Below, piece by piece: positions 1 to 9,843 of a DNA stretch of 64,000 bases. Below the pieces are notes generated by a model. That model did no database searches, was not told the origin of the DNA, and saw only the letters and a program-made list of their open reading frames with translations. The DNA is taken from positions 153,222-217,221 of the forward strand of contig PBIN01000009.1 of NCBI GenBank assembly GCA_002720855.1. Direction: 5' to 3'. Each line of letters opens with the position of its first letter. Position 1 is the stretch's first letter. The DNA is from Rhodospirillaceae bacterium. Lineage in GTDB: Bacteria > Pseudomonadota > Alphaproteobacteria > MPNO01 > UBA2964. Made by a program: the position numbers and the translations under genes.

Positions 1-838
1 CAAGTCCGGTCGGGTTGCAGACACCGATCGTGGCTTTGTGTTCTTTAACCCAATCGAAGTAACGGCTCTGGGAAAATTTGCGCGCCAGTAGAATAGTCGC
101 GCCCTTTGAAAGTGGACTCAGTCCGCTCAGAACTTGCGCAGAAATCCAGTTAAAGGCTCGGAACTCGAGGATGCGGTCATCTTCGGTCAGTCCAAGCCCC
201 TCTGCGGTCGGTGGTGTATTTTCGATCAGCTCCCGAAAGCTGACGATGCAGCCCTTCGGTGCTGAAGCCGTTCCCGACGTGTAATAGATTGAGGCGTCGT
301 CTTCCCAATGGCTAACCGGCTCAACGCGGTCGGCGGGATGTTTCTCGATTTCGGCGTAAAGACCTTTAGAGTTGCCGTCAGCCTCCCAGCTGCCAAGATT
401 GAGCCAGTCGCCCGGTGTTTTGCCGCTCAAAACCTCAGAGTTGATTCTATCTTCTGAGTCTTCGTAAAGCGTGAGTTTTGGCTCAAGTGCATTGAGTATC
501 TGTTCAAAATAGACAGCGTTCATCTCAACATGGATGGTGCAAACCGTTGCACCGTAGGCCATGCCACCGATATAGACGCAAAGATGCTCAATGGAATTAT
601 TCGAGAGCATTGCGACCCGGTCATTGGCACCAATTTCTTTTGACTGCAGGTAGGTGGCCATTCGGTCGCAAACAGTTTTGAACTGGCTAAATGTAATGGA
701 TTTGTTTTGATCGACGCTATGAATAAAGATTTTGTCGGGGTGCTTTTCGGCATTCGCAGTGATCCAGTCGCGCAGGCTTGTTTCAGGCTTGCCTCTGCCT
801 GTTCCTACGTCCCCTGCCGATGAAGTGATGGAAGCCAT
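1..838 (-). CDS. AMP-dependent acyl-CoA synthetase/ligase. The N-terminal part lies in the window; the 3' end runs off the window edge.
   Basis: Reverse-strand ORF starts at the ATG at 838..836 and reads MASITSSAGD..., including YTSGTASAPKG, an AMP-binding P-loop variant. It is absent from the ORF track because it runs off the edge. Confidence 0.65.
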   Translation of the reverse strand, partial: MASITSSAGDVGTGRGKPETSLRDWITANAEKHPDKIFIHSVDQNKSITFSQFKTVCDRMATYLQSKEIGANDRVAMLSNNSIEHLCVYIGGMAYGATVCTIHVEMNAVYFEQILNALEPKLTLYEDSEDRINSEVLSGKTPGDWLNLGSWEADGNSKGLYAEIEKHPADRVEPVSHWEDDASIYYTSGTASAPKGCIVSFRELIENTPPTAEGLGLTEDDRILEFRAFNWISAQVLSGLSPLSKGATILLARKFSQSRYFDWVKEHKATIGVCNPTGL

Positions 839-1122
839 CTCTTATTCCGTCGCTTTATATTTTGCCGTCTTGACCTGATCGTTTGGCTGCTCAATATAGC
901 ACTCAAACGATACCGTCATTGACGGGATCGACCCTGTTGTTTAATATATACGTGACTAGTCAACAATTAGCAATCGAAGTTTTTTTACGCCTAGGAAAAC
1001 TGCGCTTTATCGCTATAGTGTTGATTTCTGAAGTAGGGCGATATTGGCCTTTTGAAGACAAATAGGGGCGACTCGGTTTACGCTTCGCCAATATTTGAAA
1101 GGTGTAACGAGGGAAATTCACA

Positions 1123-2832
1123 ATGGCGCCAGATGACGCTGCCGTAAAATCCGATGTCTCCGCCGATGGCGACGGTGAACCACGGGTCAATTTTGCTACC
1201 AGTCCTGATCAATACAAACACTGGAATTTGACGATTGACGGAAATGTCGCGCGGCTCGCGATGGCCGTCGATGAAAACGCGACCCTCAAACCGGGCTACG
1301 AATTGAAATTGAATTCCTATGACCTCGGTGTTGATATTGAACTCTATGATGCGATTCAACGTTTGCGGTTTGAGCACCCGGAGGTCGGTTGCGTTATCCT
1401 GTGTTCCGATCATCCGGCCGTATTCTGCGCCGGGGCGAACATTCGCATGCTTGGTATGTCTACACATGATCACAAGGTGAATTTTTGTAAATTTACCAAT
1501 GAGACCCGCAATGGGATCGAAGACGCCACCGAACATTCGCAACAGAAATATATATGCGCCATTAACGGCACGGCGGCGGGTGGCGGTTATGAGCTGGCGT
1601 TGGCGACGGATTACATCATGCTGATCGATGATGGGGCTTCCACAGTGTCATTGCCCGAATTGCCGTTGCTGGCCGTGTTGCCGGGCACGGGCGGGCTCAC
1701 CCGCCTCGTGGATAAACGCAAGGTTCGCCATGATCGCTCGGATGTATTTTGCACGACGACCGAAGGCATGCGCGGCAAGCGTGCCGTTGACTGGAATCTG
1801 ATCGATGAGATCGTCCCGCGCTCCAAATTCCATGACGCGGTAGCTGAGCGTGCAGCGGAGTTTGCTGCTCAATCGGACCGTCCAAAAGATGCCAAGGGTG
1901 TCGAGTTCACGCCGCTGAACGTCAAGGACGAAGGCGATAAAATTTCTTACGACCATCTATCTCTGGAGTTCGATCGCGGTCAGAACCTGGTGACCTTTAT
2001 CGTCAATGGGCCAAAGGACGCTCCGCCTGCCGATGCGGCTGGCGTTGCGGCGCAAGGCGTTGATTTCTGGCCACTGGCTTTGGCACGCGAGCTGGATGCC
2101 GCCATAGTGCATCTTCGCGTAAATGAGAATCAGATAGGCACCTGGGTGTTTCAGAGCGAAGGCGACAATGCGCTGGTTGAAGCGTATGACAATCTTCTCG
2201 AAGCCAATCAGGATGACTGGCTGGTTCGCGAAACGACACTCTATCTCAAACGCACACTCAAACGCGTCGACGTCTCGGCACGCAGCCTGATCGCGCTCGT
2301 TGAACCCGGCAGCTGTTTCTCCGGGACGCTGCTGGAATTTGTCTTGGTGGCCGACCGGTCCTACATGCTAGATGGGCAAATGGAAGGCAGCAATTTACCA
2401 GCGCCAACCATTCGGCTTACTGGCATGAACTTTGGACCGTACCCGATGTCAAACGGCTTAACGCGTCTCGAAACCCGCCTGTTTGGCGAACCGGATAAGG
2501 TTGACGCTGCAAAAGAACTAAAGGGTGAGGACCTTGAAGCCCTTGATGCGGATGATGCCGGTCTGGTGACATTTGCCCCTGACGATATCGATTGGGAAGA
2601 TGAAGTGCGACTCGCGATCGAAGAACGTGCTAGTTTCTCCCCAGATGGATTAACCGGGCTCGAAGCAAATCTCCGCTTCGCAGGACCGGAAACGATGGAA
2701 ACCAAGATTTTCGGGCGGTTAAGCGCCTGGCAAAACTGGATCTTCCAGCGACCAAATGCAGCCGGACCGGAGGGCGCGTTGAAGCTTTATGGTACCGGGC
2801 AACGTAGCGAATTCGACAAGAAGAGGGTTTAA
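1123..2832 (+). CDS. boxC: Benzoyl-CoA-dihydrodiol lyase (BoxC-like, enoyl-CoA hydratase/isomerase superfamily).
   Basis: 569 aa, matching BoxC length. It has a crotonase-like core (CAGANIRML, GGGYELAL) and an RBS GAGGGAA upstream. It sits immediately upstream of a BoxB homologue. Confidence 0.75.
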   Translation: MAPDDAAVKSDVSADGDGEPRVNFATSPDQYKHWNLTIDGNVARLAMAVDENATLKPGYELKLNSYDLGVDIELYDAIQRLRFEHPEVGCVILCSDHPAVFCAGANIRMLGMSTHDHKVNFCKFTNETRNGIEDATEHSQQKYICAINGTAAGGGYELALATDYIMLIDDGASTVSLPELPLLAVLPGTGGLTRLVDKRKVRHDRSDVFCTTTEGMRGKRAVDWNLIDEIVPRSKFHDAVAERAAEFAAQSDRPKDAKGVEFTPLNVKDEGDKISYDHLSLEFDRGQNLVTFIVNGPKDAPPADAAGVAAQGVDFWPLALARELDAAIVHLRVNENQIGTWVFQSEGDNALVEAYDNLLEANQDDWLVRETTLYLKRTLKRVDVSARSLIALVEPGSCFSGTLLEFVLVADRSYMLDGQMEGSNLPAPTIRLTGMNFGPYPMSNGLTRLETRLFGEPDKVDAAKELKGEDLEALDADDAGLVTFAPDDIDWEDEVRLAIEERASFSPDGLTGLEANLRFAGPETMETKIFGRLSAWQNWIFQRPNAAGPEGALKLYGTGQRSEFDKKRV

Positions 2833-2834
2833 CC

Positions 2835-4259
2835 ATGTCGATCGACCTAAATGCGAGAATTCCCAATAATGTGGACCTTGCTGAGGATCGCCGTCTTCAA
2901 CGTGCTCTGGAATCCTGGCAACCGAGCTTTATCAACTGGTGGAAAGAGCTCGGTCCCGAAGGAACGCTCAATTACGATGTGTATCTGCGAACGGCTGTAA
3001 GCGTCGAAGCCCAAGGCTGGGCGCATTTCGGTTATGTCAAAATGCCTGACTATCGCTGGGGTATTTTTGTTGCTCCGCCCGTTGAAGGGCGCACCATTCC
3101 GTTTGGTGAACACAAGGGCCAACCAGTATGGGACGAAGTGCCGGGCGAGTATCGCTCATCGCTGCGCCGGCTCATCGTGACGCAAGGCGATACTGAACCC
3201 GCATCTGTTGAGCAGCAGCGTTTGCTTGGTCTGACAGCACCGTCGCTGTACGACCTTCGAAATCTGTTCCAGGTCAATTGCGAAGAGGGGCGTCATCTCT
3301 GGGCAATGGTCTATCTGCTCCACGCTTATTTTGGACGCGATGGCCGCGAAGAGGCAGAGATGATGCTTGAACGGCATTCCGGCGATGTCGACAAGCCGCG
3401 CATTCTCGGCGCTTTCAATGAGGAAACACCCGATTGGTTGTCTTACTTCATGTTCACCTTCTTCACCGATCGCGATGGCAAGTATCAATTGTCATCGCTT
3501 GCTGAATCCGGCTTCGATCCGCTTGCTCGGACCTGTCAGTTTATGCTGACCGAGGAAGCGCATCACATGTTTATCGGTACAACCGGTATTATGCGGGTCG
3601 TGACACGAACCTGCGAAGTCATGGCTGAGTTAAAGACCGACGATCCGGAAAAGGTCCGGGCGGCGGGTGCCATCGATTTGCAGACATTGCAGAAGTATTT
3701 GAATTTTCATTACAGCGTGTCCCTTGATCTGTTCGGGCAGGAGGTCTCAACCAACGCCGCGAACTACTATACGGCTGGGCTTAAGGGCCGTTTCGAAGAG
3801 TCAAAGATTGAGGACGACCATGTGCTCAAAGATGATGTTGCACATCTCACAATGTTTGAAGATGGCGCTATCAAGGAAATCGAATACAACGCGCTGCTGG
3901 CTGTAAATGAACGGCTTCGGGACGACTACGTCACCGATTGTCAGCTTGGCGTCTCGCGCTGGAATAAAGTTATGAGGCGCCATAAGGTCGATTTCGAGCT
4001 GAAGCTGCCTCATCGTGGTTTTCACCGTTCGATAGGCACCTTTTCCGAAGGGAATATCACACCGGAAGGCGAGGTCATCAGCAAGGAAGAATGGAAGAAG
4101 AATGAGGATAAATGGCTGCCCTCACAGGCCGACCGTGAGTTCGTTATCTCGTTGCAAAGTGCCTGCATTGAGCCCGGCAAGATCGCCAGCTGGGTCGCAC
4201 CGCCAAGCCGCGGCATCGATGGTCATCCCTTCGATTACGAATACGTCCGGTTTGGTTGA
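2835..4259 (+). CDS. boxB: Benzoyl-CoA 2,3-epoxidase oxygenase component (BoxB-like diiron protein).
   Basis: 474 aa with a diiron-type E..H signature (EEGRHLWAMVYLLH, TEEAHHMF). Its start is 3 nt after the boxC stop, and it has an RBS AGAGGG. Confidence 0.75.
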   Translation: MSIDLNARIPNNVDLAEDRRLQRALESWQPSFINWWKELGPEGTLNYDVYLRTAVSVEAQGWAHFGYVKMPDYRWGIFVAPPVEGRTIPFGEHKGQPVWDEVPGEYRSSLRRLIVTQGDTEPASVEQQRLLGLTAPSLYDLRNLFQVNCEEGRHLWAMVYLLHAYFGRDGREEAEMMLERHSGDVDKPRILGAFNEETPDWLSYFMFTFFTDRDGKYQLSSLAESGFDPLARTCQFMLTEEAHHMFIGTTGIMRVVTRTCEVMAELKTDDPEKVRAAGAIDLQTLQKYLNFHYSVSLDLFGQEVSTNAANYYTAGLKGRFEESKIEDDHVLKDDVAHLTMFEDGAIKEIEYNALLAVNERLRDDYVTDCQLGVSRWNKVMRRHKVDFELKLPHRGFHRSIGTFSEGNITPEGEVISKEEWKKNEDKWLPSQADREFVISLQSACIEPGKIASWVAPPSRGIDGHPFDYEYVRFG

Positions 4260-4282
4260 TCTGAAATGAGTTTTTCATCATA

Positions 4283-4310
4283 ACCCCCGCCATCGAGCGG
4301 GGGTTTTTGT
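4283..4310 (+). terminator. Rho-independent terminator after boxB.
   Basis: Stem ACCCCCGC, loop catcga, stem GCGGGGGT, then TTTTTGTT. Confidence 0.6.
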
Positions 4311-5509
4311 TACGCTCCACCGGGCAGGCCGGTGTTTTTGCCATAAAGCCATTCAACACCGGCGTATGGATTGCCTTCCTTCTTACCACCCAGTAGCAGG
4401 TTGCGGAGCTCACGGGTGACGCCTTCGGCGTGATATATGTCGCCATAGAAACGAGCGGTGAGCTGCACGCGGCCGGTGCGCATGTAACGCTTGCCGGGAT
4501 AATCGGCGAAGGTCCTTTCGATGTCGCCGTCATATTCCTCGAGTAAGTCGACCAGGCAGACCGCATCCTCCATCGCCATTCCCGCACCTGCTGCGAGATA
4601 TTGCAGCATCGGGTGTGCTGCATCGCCGATCAGGGTAACCCGGCCCTTAGTCCATTCCTTCACTGGTATCCGGTCGCACAGCACCCACATTTTCCAGACA
4701 TCGATCTTGTTCAGGAGAGCCTGCACTTCGGGCCTGACATCCTTGAAATGCTCAAAGAGCTCTTTGGAGTCGCCATATTCGTCCCATCCTTCGACATATT
4801 TCTGGCTATGAAAGACGGCGACGATGTTGAACAGCTCGCCGCGCCGCAGCTTGTAGTGGACAAGGTGGTTGCGAGGCCCGGCCCATAGCACAACATCCTC
4901 CATCCAGTTTTCGAGTTCCGGGGGTACCTCATCGATTGGCAGTACTGCGCGATAGGCAATGTGGCCGGAGACGATGGGGTCGCCATCGCCGATTATGCTC
5001 TCTCGAATTTTCGACCAAAGCCCGTCAGCACCGATAAGCGAGGAGCCCTCAACCGTGTCACCGCTTTCAGTTTCAACAGAGACGCTATCGCCATTATCCG
5101 TATAGCCGGTAACACCCGAACTGGTGCGGAGGTCGATCTCCTCCATGCTCGCGCAGGCATCGTAAAGTACCTTGTGAAGATCAGCGCGATGAATAACGGC
5201 GTATGGTTTACCGAAATGTGATTCCAGCCGGCGACCAAGCTCCATGCGCAAGACCTCTTCGCCGGTAAGACTATCCATCATGATAATATGCTCAGGGAAA
5301 TGAGCGATCTCGTGCATCGCTTTGGTAACCTGCAACCTGTCAAACATGCGATGCGTATTGGGTCCCAACTGGATCCCTGCACCTATTTCCCCAAATTCAG
5401 GCGCCTGTTCCAAAACGATACTGCGGCGACCTTTTATCGCGAGCATTCTGGCGGCAGCCAATCCGCCGATACCGCCACCGGCAATTATGATGGGTTTCGC
5501 GTCGCTCAT
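4310..5509 (-). CDS. FAD-dependent aromatic monooxygenase (3-hydroxybenzoate 6-hydroxylase / salicylate hydroxylase family).
   Basis: N-terminal GGGIGG dinucleotide fold and C-terminal GDAAHPMLQYLAAGAGMAMEDA motif; 399 aa. Confidence 0.7.
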   Translation of the reverse strand: MSDAKPIIIAGGGIGGLAAARMLAIKGRRSIVLEQAPEFGEIGAGIQLGPNTHRMFDRLQVTKAMHEIAHFPEHIIMMDSLTGEEVLRMELGRRLESHFGKPYAVIHRADLHKVLYDACASMEEIDLRTSSGVTGYTDNGDSVSVETESGDTVEGSSLIGADGLWSKIRESIIGDGDPIVSGHIAYRAVLPIDEVPPELENWMEDVVLWAGPRNHLVHYKLRRGELFNIVAVFHSQKYVEGWDEYGDSKELFEHFKDVRPEVQALLNKIDVWKMWVLCDRIPVKEWTKGRVTLIGDAAHPMLQYLAAGAGMAMEDAVCLVDLLEEYDGDIERTFADYPGKRYMRTGRVQLTARFYGDIYHAEGVTRELRNLLLGGKKEGNPYAGVEWLYGKNTGLPGGA

Positions 5510-5573
5510 GCTTCTCTCTTTTGTCTCTTCTCACAGCGCTGTAGAATTCTGCCACTCAATAAGGACAGTAAAA

Positions 5574-7148
5574 ATGGCAAATAATCAAATCACCGTCGAT
5601 GACAGCCAAATACCGGCAAACATCTCCTTTTCCAAGAGTTTTAATGTCGCGGTGCCGTTTATCGACAGGCATCTAGAGGAAGGGCGTGAGAATAACATCG
5701 CAATTCAGGGTGATTTTGGCACGGTGAGCTATGCCGCTTTGGCGGAGAACGTCAATCGGTGTGGTAATGCATTGGCGGGCCTTGGGCTGTCCGGCAGCGA
5801 TCGAGTGTTGATGATGGTGAAGGATTGCCCTGAGTTCTTTTATATTTTCTGGGGCGCTATCAAGGCGGGCTTTGTGCCGGTGCCGCTCAATACGTTGCTT
5901 CGCTCAAATGACTACCAGTTCATGATCGAGGATTCCGAATGTGCGGCGGTAATTTATAGCGTTGAATTTGCAGCAGAAGTTGAAACCGCGCTGGCGGGCG
6001 CCGAACGCAAACCTGACCATGTGATGCTGACGGAGGGCGAAGAGTCGATTTCGGCCCTGATGGCGGATGCCGACACGGCGCTAGATGCTGCACCCGCGAC
6101 TGCGGAAGATGATTGCTTCTGGCTTTATTCTTCAGGTTCGACGGGGCGGCCAAAAGGCACAGTTCATGCCCATAAGGATATCCCTGTCACTTGTATTCAT
6201 TATGCGGTGGGAGTTCTCGGCATTCGTGAGGATGATGTTTGTTTTTCGGCGGCCAAGCTGTTCTTTGCGTATGGGCTCGGCAATGCCATGACGTTTCCGC
6301 TCTGGGTCGGCGCGACCGCTGTACTCTCCGGCTTGCCGCCGAGCCCAGCCATGACGTTTGAAGTGATCGAGCAAAACAAAGCTACAATTTATTACGGCGT
6401 GCCGACGCTCTATGCGGCTCAGCTGCAAGCAATGGAATCCAACATGCCCGACCTTTCTTCCGTTCGCGCGTGCGTTTCAGCGGGCGAAGCGTTGCCGGGC
6501 GACATTCTAAGGCGATGGAAGGATAAAACCGGCGACTCGATCCTTGACGGGATCGGTTCGACAGAAATTCTTCACATCTTTATTTCCAATTCGGAAGATG
6601 ACGTGAAACCAGGTGCGAGCGGACGCTTGGTGCCTGGCTATGAAGCGAAAATCGTTGGTGAGGAGAATGAAATTCTGCCGCAGGGAGAGAGCGGTGCCTT
6701 GTGGATCAAAGGTGGGTCGATTGCTAAATATTACTGGAACAATCCTGAAAAAACGGCTGCCACTATGCAGGACGAGTGGATCAATACAGGCGATACCTAT
6801 TATCAGGACGAGGACGGCTATTTCGTTTATTGCGGCCGCAATGATGACATGATGAAAGTTGGCGGCATTTGGTGTTCACCGTTTGAAATTGAAGCCAAGC
6901 TCATCGAGCATCCGGCGGTATTGGAGGCAGCAGTCGTGGCACGGGCGGACGATGACGAGCTGATCAAACCGGAAGCTTTCATTATCGTTGCCGAAGGGGC
7001 GACCGGCGGCGATGAGCTAGCCGCTGAATTGCTGGAGCATTGCAAGGACGGTCTTGCACGGTACAAATATCCGCGCTGGTTTAATTTTGTCGAAGAGCTG
7101 CCCAAGACCGCGACGGGCAAAATTCAGCGCTTCCGGCTGAGGAACTAG
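5574..7148 (+). CDS. Aromatic acid-CoA ligase (benzoate-CoA ligase family).
   Basis: The track ORF at 5322 is an N-terminal over-extension that overlaps the opposite-strand gene. The ATG at 5574 follows an AAGGA RBS. The product reads MANNQITVDD..., has YSSGSTGRPKG, and a C-terminal PKTATGKIQR. Confidence 0.7.
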   Translation: MANNQITVDDSQIPANISFSKSFNVAVPFIDRHLEEGRENNIAIQGDFGTVSYAALAENVNRCGNALAGLGLSGSDRVLMMVKDCPEFFYIFWGAIKAGFVPVPLNTLLRSNDYQFMIEDSECAAVIYSVEFAAEVETALAGAERKPDHVMLTEGEESISALMADADTALDAAPATAEDDCFWLYSSGSTGRPKGTVHAHKDIPVTCIHYAVGVLGIREDDVCFSAAKLFFAYGLGNAMTFPLWVGATAVLSGLPPSPAMTFEVIEQNKATIYYGVPTLYAAQLQAMESNMPDLSSVRACVSAGEALPGDILRRWKDKTGDSILDGIGSTEILHIFISNSEDDVKPGASGRLVPGYEAKIVGEENEILPQGESGALWIKGGSIAKYYWNNPEKTAATMQDEWINTGDTYYQDEDGYFVYCGRNDDMMKVGGIWCSPFEIEAKLIEHPAVLEAAVVARADDDELIKPEAFIIVAEGATGGDELAAELLEHCKDGLARYKYPRWFNFVEELPKTATGKIQRFRLRN

Positions 7149-7172
7149 GCTGCAAACTGATCGAGGGAAAAT

Positions 7173-8495
7173 ATGGTCGATCTTACAACAAAAGGACCGG
7201 TGGCCTTAAACGGGCTGACGGCATCTGAAGCCTCGGCGAAGCTAGAGGCAGGCGAAATCACCTCTGAAGCGCTGACCCGCGATTGTCTGGATCGCATTGC
7301 CGCTCGCGAGGGCGCAGTACAAGCTTGGGATTATATCGATCCGGACTATGCTCTATCTCAGGCAAAGGCGCTGGATAACGAACCCCGCCGAGGACCATTG
7401 CACGGCGTACCGGTCGGAATAAAAGACATCTTCGATACCAAGGACATGCCGACGGCCCATGGATTCGAGCCTTATCAGGGTAAGGAATTCGGTATCGACT
7501 CCGTTTGTGTGGAGCAGCTACGCGCCGCTGGCGTGGTAATCATGGGCAAGACGGTAACAACAGAATTTGCCTGTCCAAAGCCGCGCCATACGCTTAACCC
7601 GCATGATCCGACGCGGACACCTGGAGTTTCGTCCAGTGGTTCCGCGGCGGCTGTTGCGGATTTCATGATCCCTTTGGCAAACGGCACTCAAACCGGTGGC
7701 TCGGTAATTGGTCCGGCTGCCAACTGTGGTGTTTATGGCTACAAGGCGAGCCTCGATGGCATTGATCGCGGACGGTTCCGTCACTGCAAAAAATCGATCG
7801 ATACGATAGGCCTGTTTGCACGGTCAATCGCAGACCTTGTGCTGATGCGTCAGGTTCAAACCGGCACTGCACCCGGTGTCGCCGCTGCAAATCCGCGCAT
7901 CGCGTTTCTGCGGGCACCGAATTGGGAAGATGCCGAGCCGCCGATGCAGGCGGCCGTCGAACAGGTCGCTGAGATTCTGTCCGAAGCCGGTGCGTCTGTA
8001 AGTGACTTCAATCTGCCACAGGTTTTCACCGATATCATACCCGATGCCGCGGTCATCAATGCGTGGGAAGCAGCGGTTATGCTCGAAGAGGAAATTCGCG
8101 ACAATTATGACAGCTTCAACGATCACAATACCGAACGCATGGAGTGGGTAAAAACGATTGGCGAGGACGACTATCTTAATGCCGGCAAGGCGATGGACAA
8201 TGCGCGCGCTGAAATGGATTCAGTATTTGATGATTACGACCTGATCCTGTCGCCAAGCCTGCCCGGCGAAGCACCCGTCGGTCTCACTGAAGTCCGCACA
8301 GCAACCTTCGCACGGCTCTGGACACAGATGTATACGCCGTCAGTAAACTTCCCTCTATTTGAAGGCCCCGATGGATTGCCGGTCTGTTTTCAGCTGGTTG
8401 GTAAGCGCGATACCGATGATACGCACCTAGCGAATGCGCTTTGGGCGGACGAAAAGTTACGGGCAGCGCTGGGCAATATCCCGGTAAAAGTCTAA
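7173..8495 (+). CDS. Amidase (amidase-signature family).
   Basis: GVSSSGSAAAVA within a Gly/Ser-rich amidase-signature region. A GAGGGA RBS is present. Confidence 0.75.
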   Translation: MVDLTTKGPVALNGLTASEASAKLEAGEITSEALTRDCLDRIAAREGAVQAWDYIDPDYALSQAKALDNEPRRGPLHGVPVGIKDIFDTKDMPTAHGFEPYQGKEFGIDSVCVEQLRAAGVVIMGKTVTTEFACPKPRHTLNPHDPTRTPGVSSSGSAAAVADFMIPLANGTQTGGSVIGPAANCGVYGYKASLDGIDRGRFRHCKKSIDTIGLFARSIADLVLMRQVQTGTAPGVAAANPRIAFLRAPNWEDAEPPMQAAVEQVAEILSEAGASVSDFNLPQVFTDIIPDAAVINAWEAAVMLEEEIRDNYDSFNDHNTERMEWVKTIGEDDYLNAGKAMDNARAEMDSVFDDYDLILSPSLPGEAPVGLTEVRTATFARLWTQMYTPSVNFPLFEGPDGLPVCFQLVGKRDTDDTHLANALWADEKLRAALGNIPVKV

Positions 8496-9707
8496 CTATT
8501 CGAACAGCCAATAATACCCATAGGCCACAATGATGGCCGGTATCCCGCTATAAAGCGTCGCTATTAGGGCGGCTTTGGGCGCCATTGCGATTGCCGGGAA
8601 CAGGGCGTCACCGTCATTACTGATCGCGTTCCCTATTTCTGCAGAGAAGGGTACAAGGCCATTGAGATACATCGCGGCGACAACGACTTGAGGGCCGCAG
8701 CCCGGAATAAATCCAACTAAAATGGCAATCAAGGGGACGAGAGGCGCCCAGGTTTTGAACAATACCTGCAGGTCGACACCGGTGAAGTGCACGCCAAGCT
8801 CATAAATCAAATAGGCGAAGGCGACCCAGACGGTGACAAAGCAAGTGTCGCCGACGACGCGCGCAGGTGCGTCGCCCAGACGTCCTGTCCCCGCAGACGC
8901 CCAGCTCAGATTTGCATTGTCTTCGGAAATTGACTCAGGGCGGATAGGTGAGACCATGCCCCACAGCATTAACGAAACAACGGCGCCAATAAGCCCTACC
9001 CAAACAACTGTTTCAGTGCCCATGAATGTCCCAAAGATCGCTTCAGTGTCGGCCTGAAATGCAACAAATCCGCCAAAAAATAGGCCGGGCACCAGAAATA
9101 GGGTCCAGAGATACCGCCATGCCCGTGAGTCAACGCGCCGTATACAGGGGCTGCAGGTGGGTTCCGAACCATCGCCCTTGTAGCGAAGAAAATCAGTTCC
9201 ATGGATTGCATCAACGGCGTATCCCGATAGGACGCCGACAACGAAACCAATTGCGAAAATCGAAAGCCCTTCTCCAGGTGCCTGGGCCAACAGTAGAAAG
9301 GCCGCATCGCCCATTGTTGCCGTCAGAACGGAAACTACGGAACCAAAGCTAATCCCCCCGCGAATATATTGTGTGATGACCATAATGGCGCCGCCGCAAC
9401 CAGGCAGCGCACCCAAACCAGCGGCGATGGGAACCTGCCAGACATGGTGTTTCGCCAGGAGAGATGTGACGTCAATTTTGTACCAGGCTTCAAGCGAGTA
9501 AAAGATCGCCAGGGTTGCGGCAACAAAGACAGTTACCTGCAGAAACGCATCCGACAGGCTTTGCGCCATGATCTTTGCTGCATCAGTTGAAAGCGCGGCG
9601 AGCAACGCGAGTCCGAATAGCACGGCAAGCCGGATTGGACCAAAAGCGTTGGCCCACCTTGCTGTGCCTTCGAGGCTACGCCGCGCAACAATGCTAAGCG
9701 ATGTCAT
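8496..9707 (-). CDS. Polytopic inner-membrane protein with an internal duplication; candidate metal transporter.
   Basis: 403 aa, very hydrophobic. It carries two repeated units: PGCGGAIMV...GDAAF and PGCGPQVVV...GDALF. It is divergent from a DtxR/MntR regulator. Confidence 0.55.
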   Translation of the reverse strand: MTSLSIVARRSLEGTARWANAFGPIRLAVLFGLALLAALSTDAAKIMAQSLSDAFLQVTVFVAATLAIFYSLEAWYKIDVTSLLAKHHVWQVPIAAGLGALPGCGGAIMVITQYIRGGISFGSVVSVLTATMGDAAFLLLAQAPGEGLSIFAIGFVVGVLSGYAVDAIHGTDFLRYKGDGSEPTCSPCIRRVDSRAWRYLWTLFLVPGLFFGGFVAFQADTEAIFGTFMGTETVVWVGLIGAVVSLMLWGMVSPIRPESISEDNANLSWASAGTGRLGDAPARVVGDTCFVTVWVAFAYLIYELGVHFTGVDLQVLFKTWAPLVPLIAILVGFIPGCGPQVVVAAMYLNGLVPFSAEIGNAISNDGDALFPAIAMAPKAALIATLYSGIPAIIVAYGYYWLFE

Positions 9708-9769
9708 TGGAGGTTTTCCTCAGTTTTGCAGCCGCTCTTAGAGCCAAAGTGAACGGTTCTTTCCAAAAG

Positions 9770-9785
9770 TTTAGCCTTGGCTAAA
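9770..9785. promoter_or_regulatory. Palindromic operator-like site TTTAGCCttGGCTAAA in the divergent intergenic region.
   Basis: Perfect 7-2-7 inverted repeat. It is flanked by AAAATACTA direct repeats and lies between the membrane-protein gene and the MntR-like gene. Confidence 0.4.
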
Positions 9786-9843
9786 AATACTAGAAAATAC
9801 TAAAACATTGTCAAGACTCTAAACAATAACTTATGTTATTTTT

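Noticed and set aside
913-961. Small palindromes CCGTCAtTGACGG and TGACTAGTCA upstream of boxC.
   Set aside because: They may be operator sites, but no regulator gene is adjacent and they are short enough to occur by chance. Noted only.
1078-1542. Numerous 60-150 aa ORFs antisense to or out of frame within large genes. Examples: 1078..1542-, 2361..2705-, 18084..18539-, 22139..22714-, 56728..57228-, 61452..62156-.
   Set aside because: They lie entirely inside well-supported longer genes on the other strand or frame. These are typical spurious ORFs.
5322-5573. Track ORFs over-extended at the N-terminus: 5322, 14791, 32262, 52522 on the plus strand; 24187, 26836, 35504, 41606, 48953 on the minus strand.
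   Set aside because: The extensions overlap neighbouring genes or lack an RBS. Internal starts with an RBS and homologue-like N-termini were used instead.
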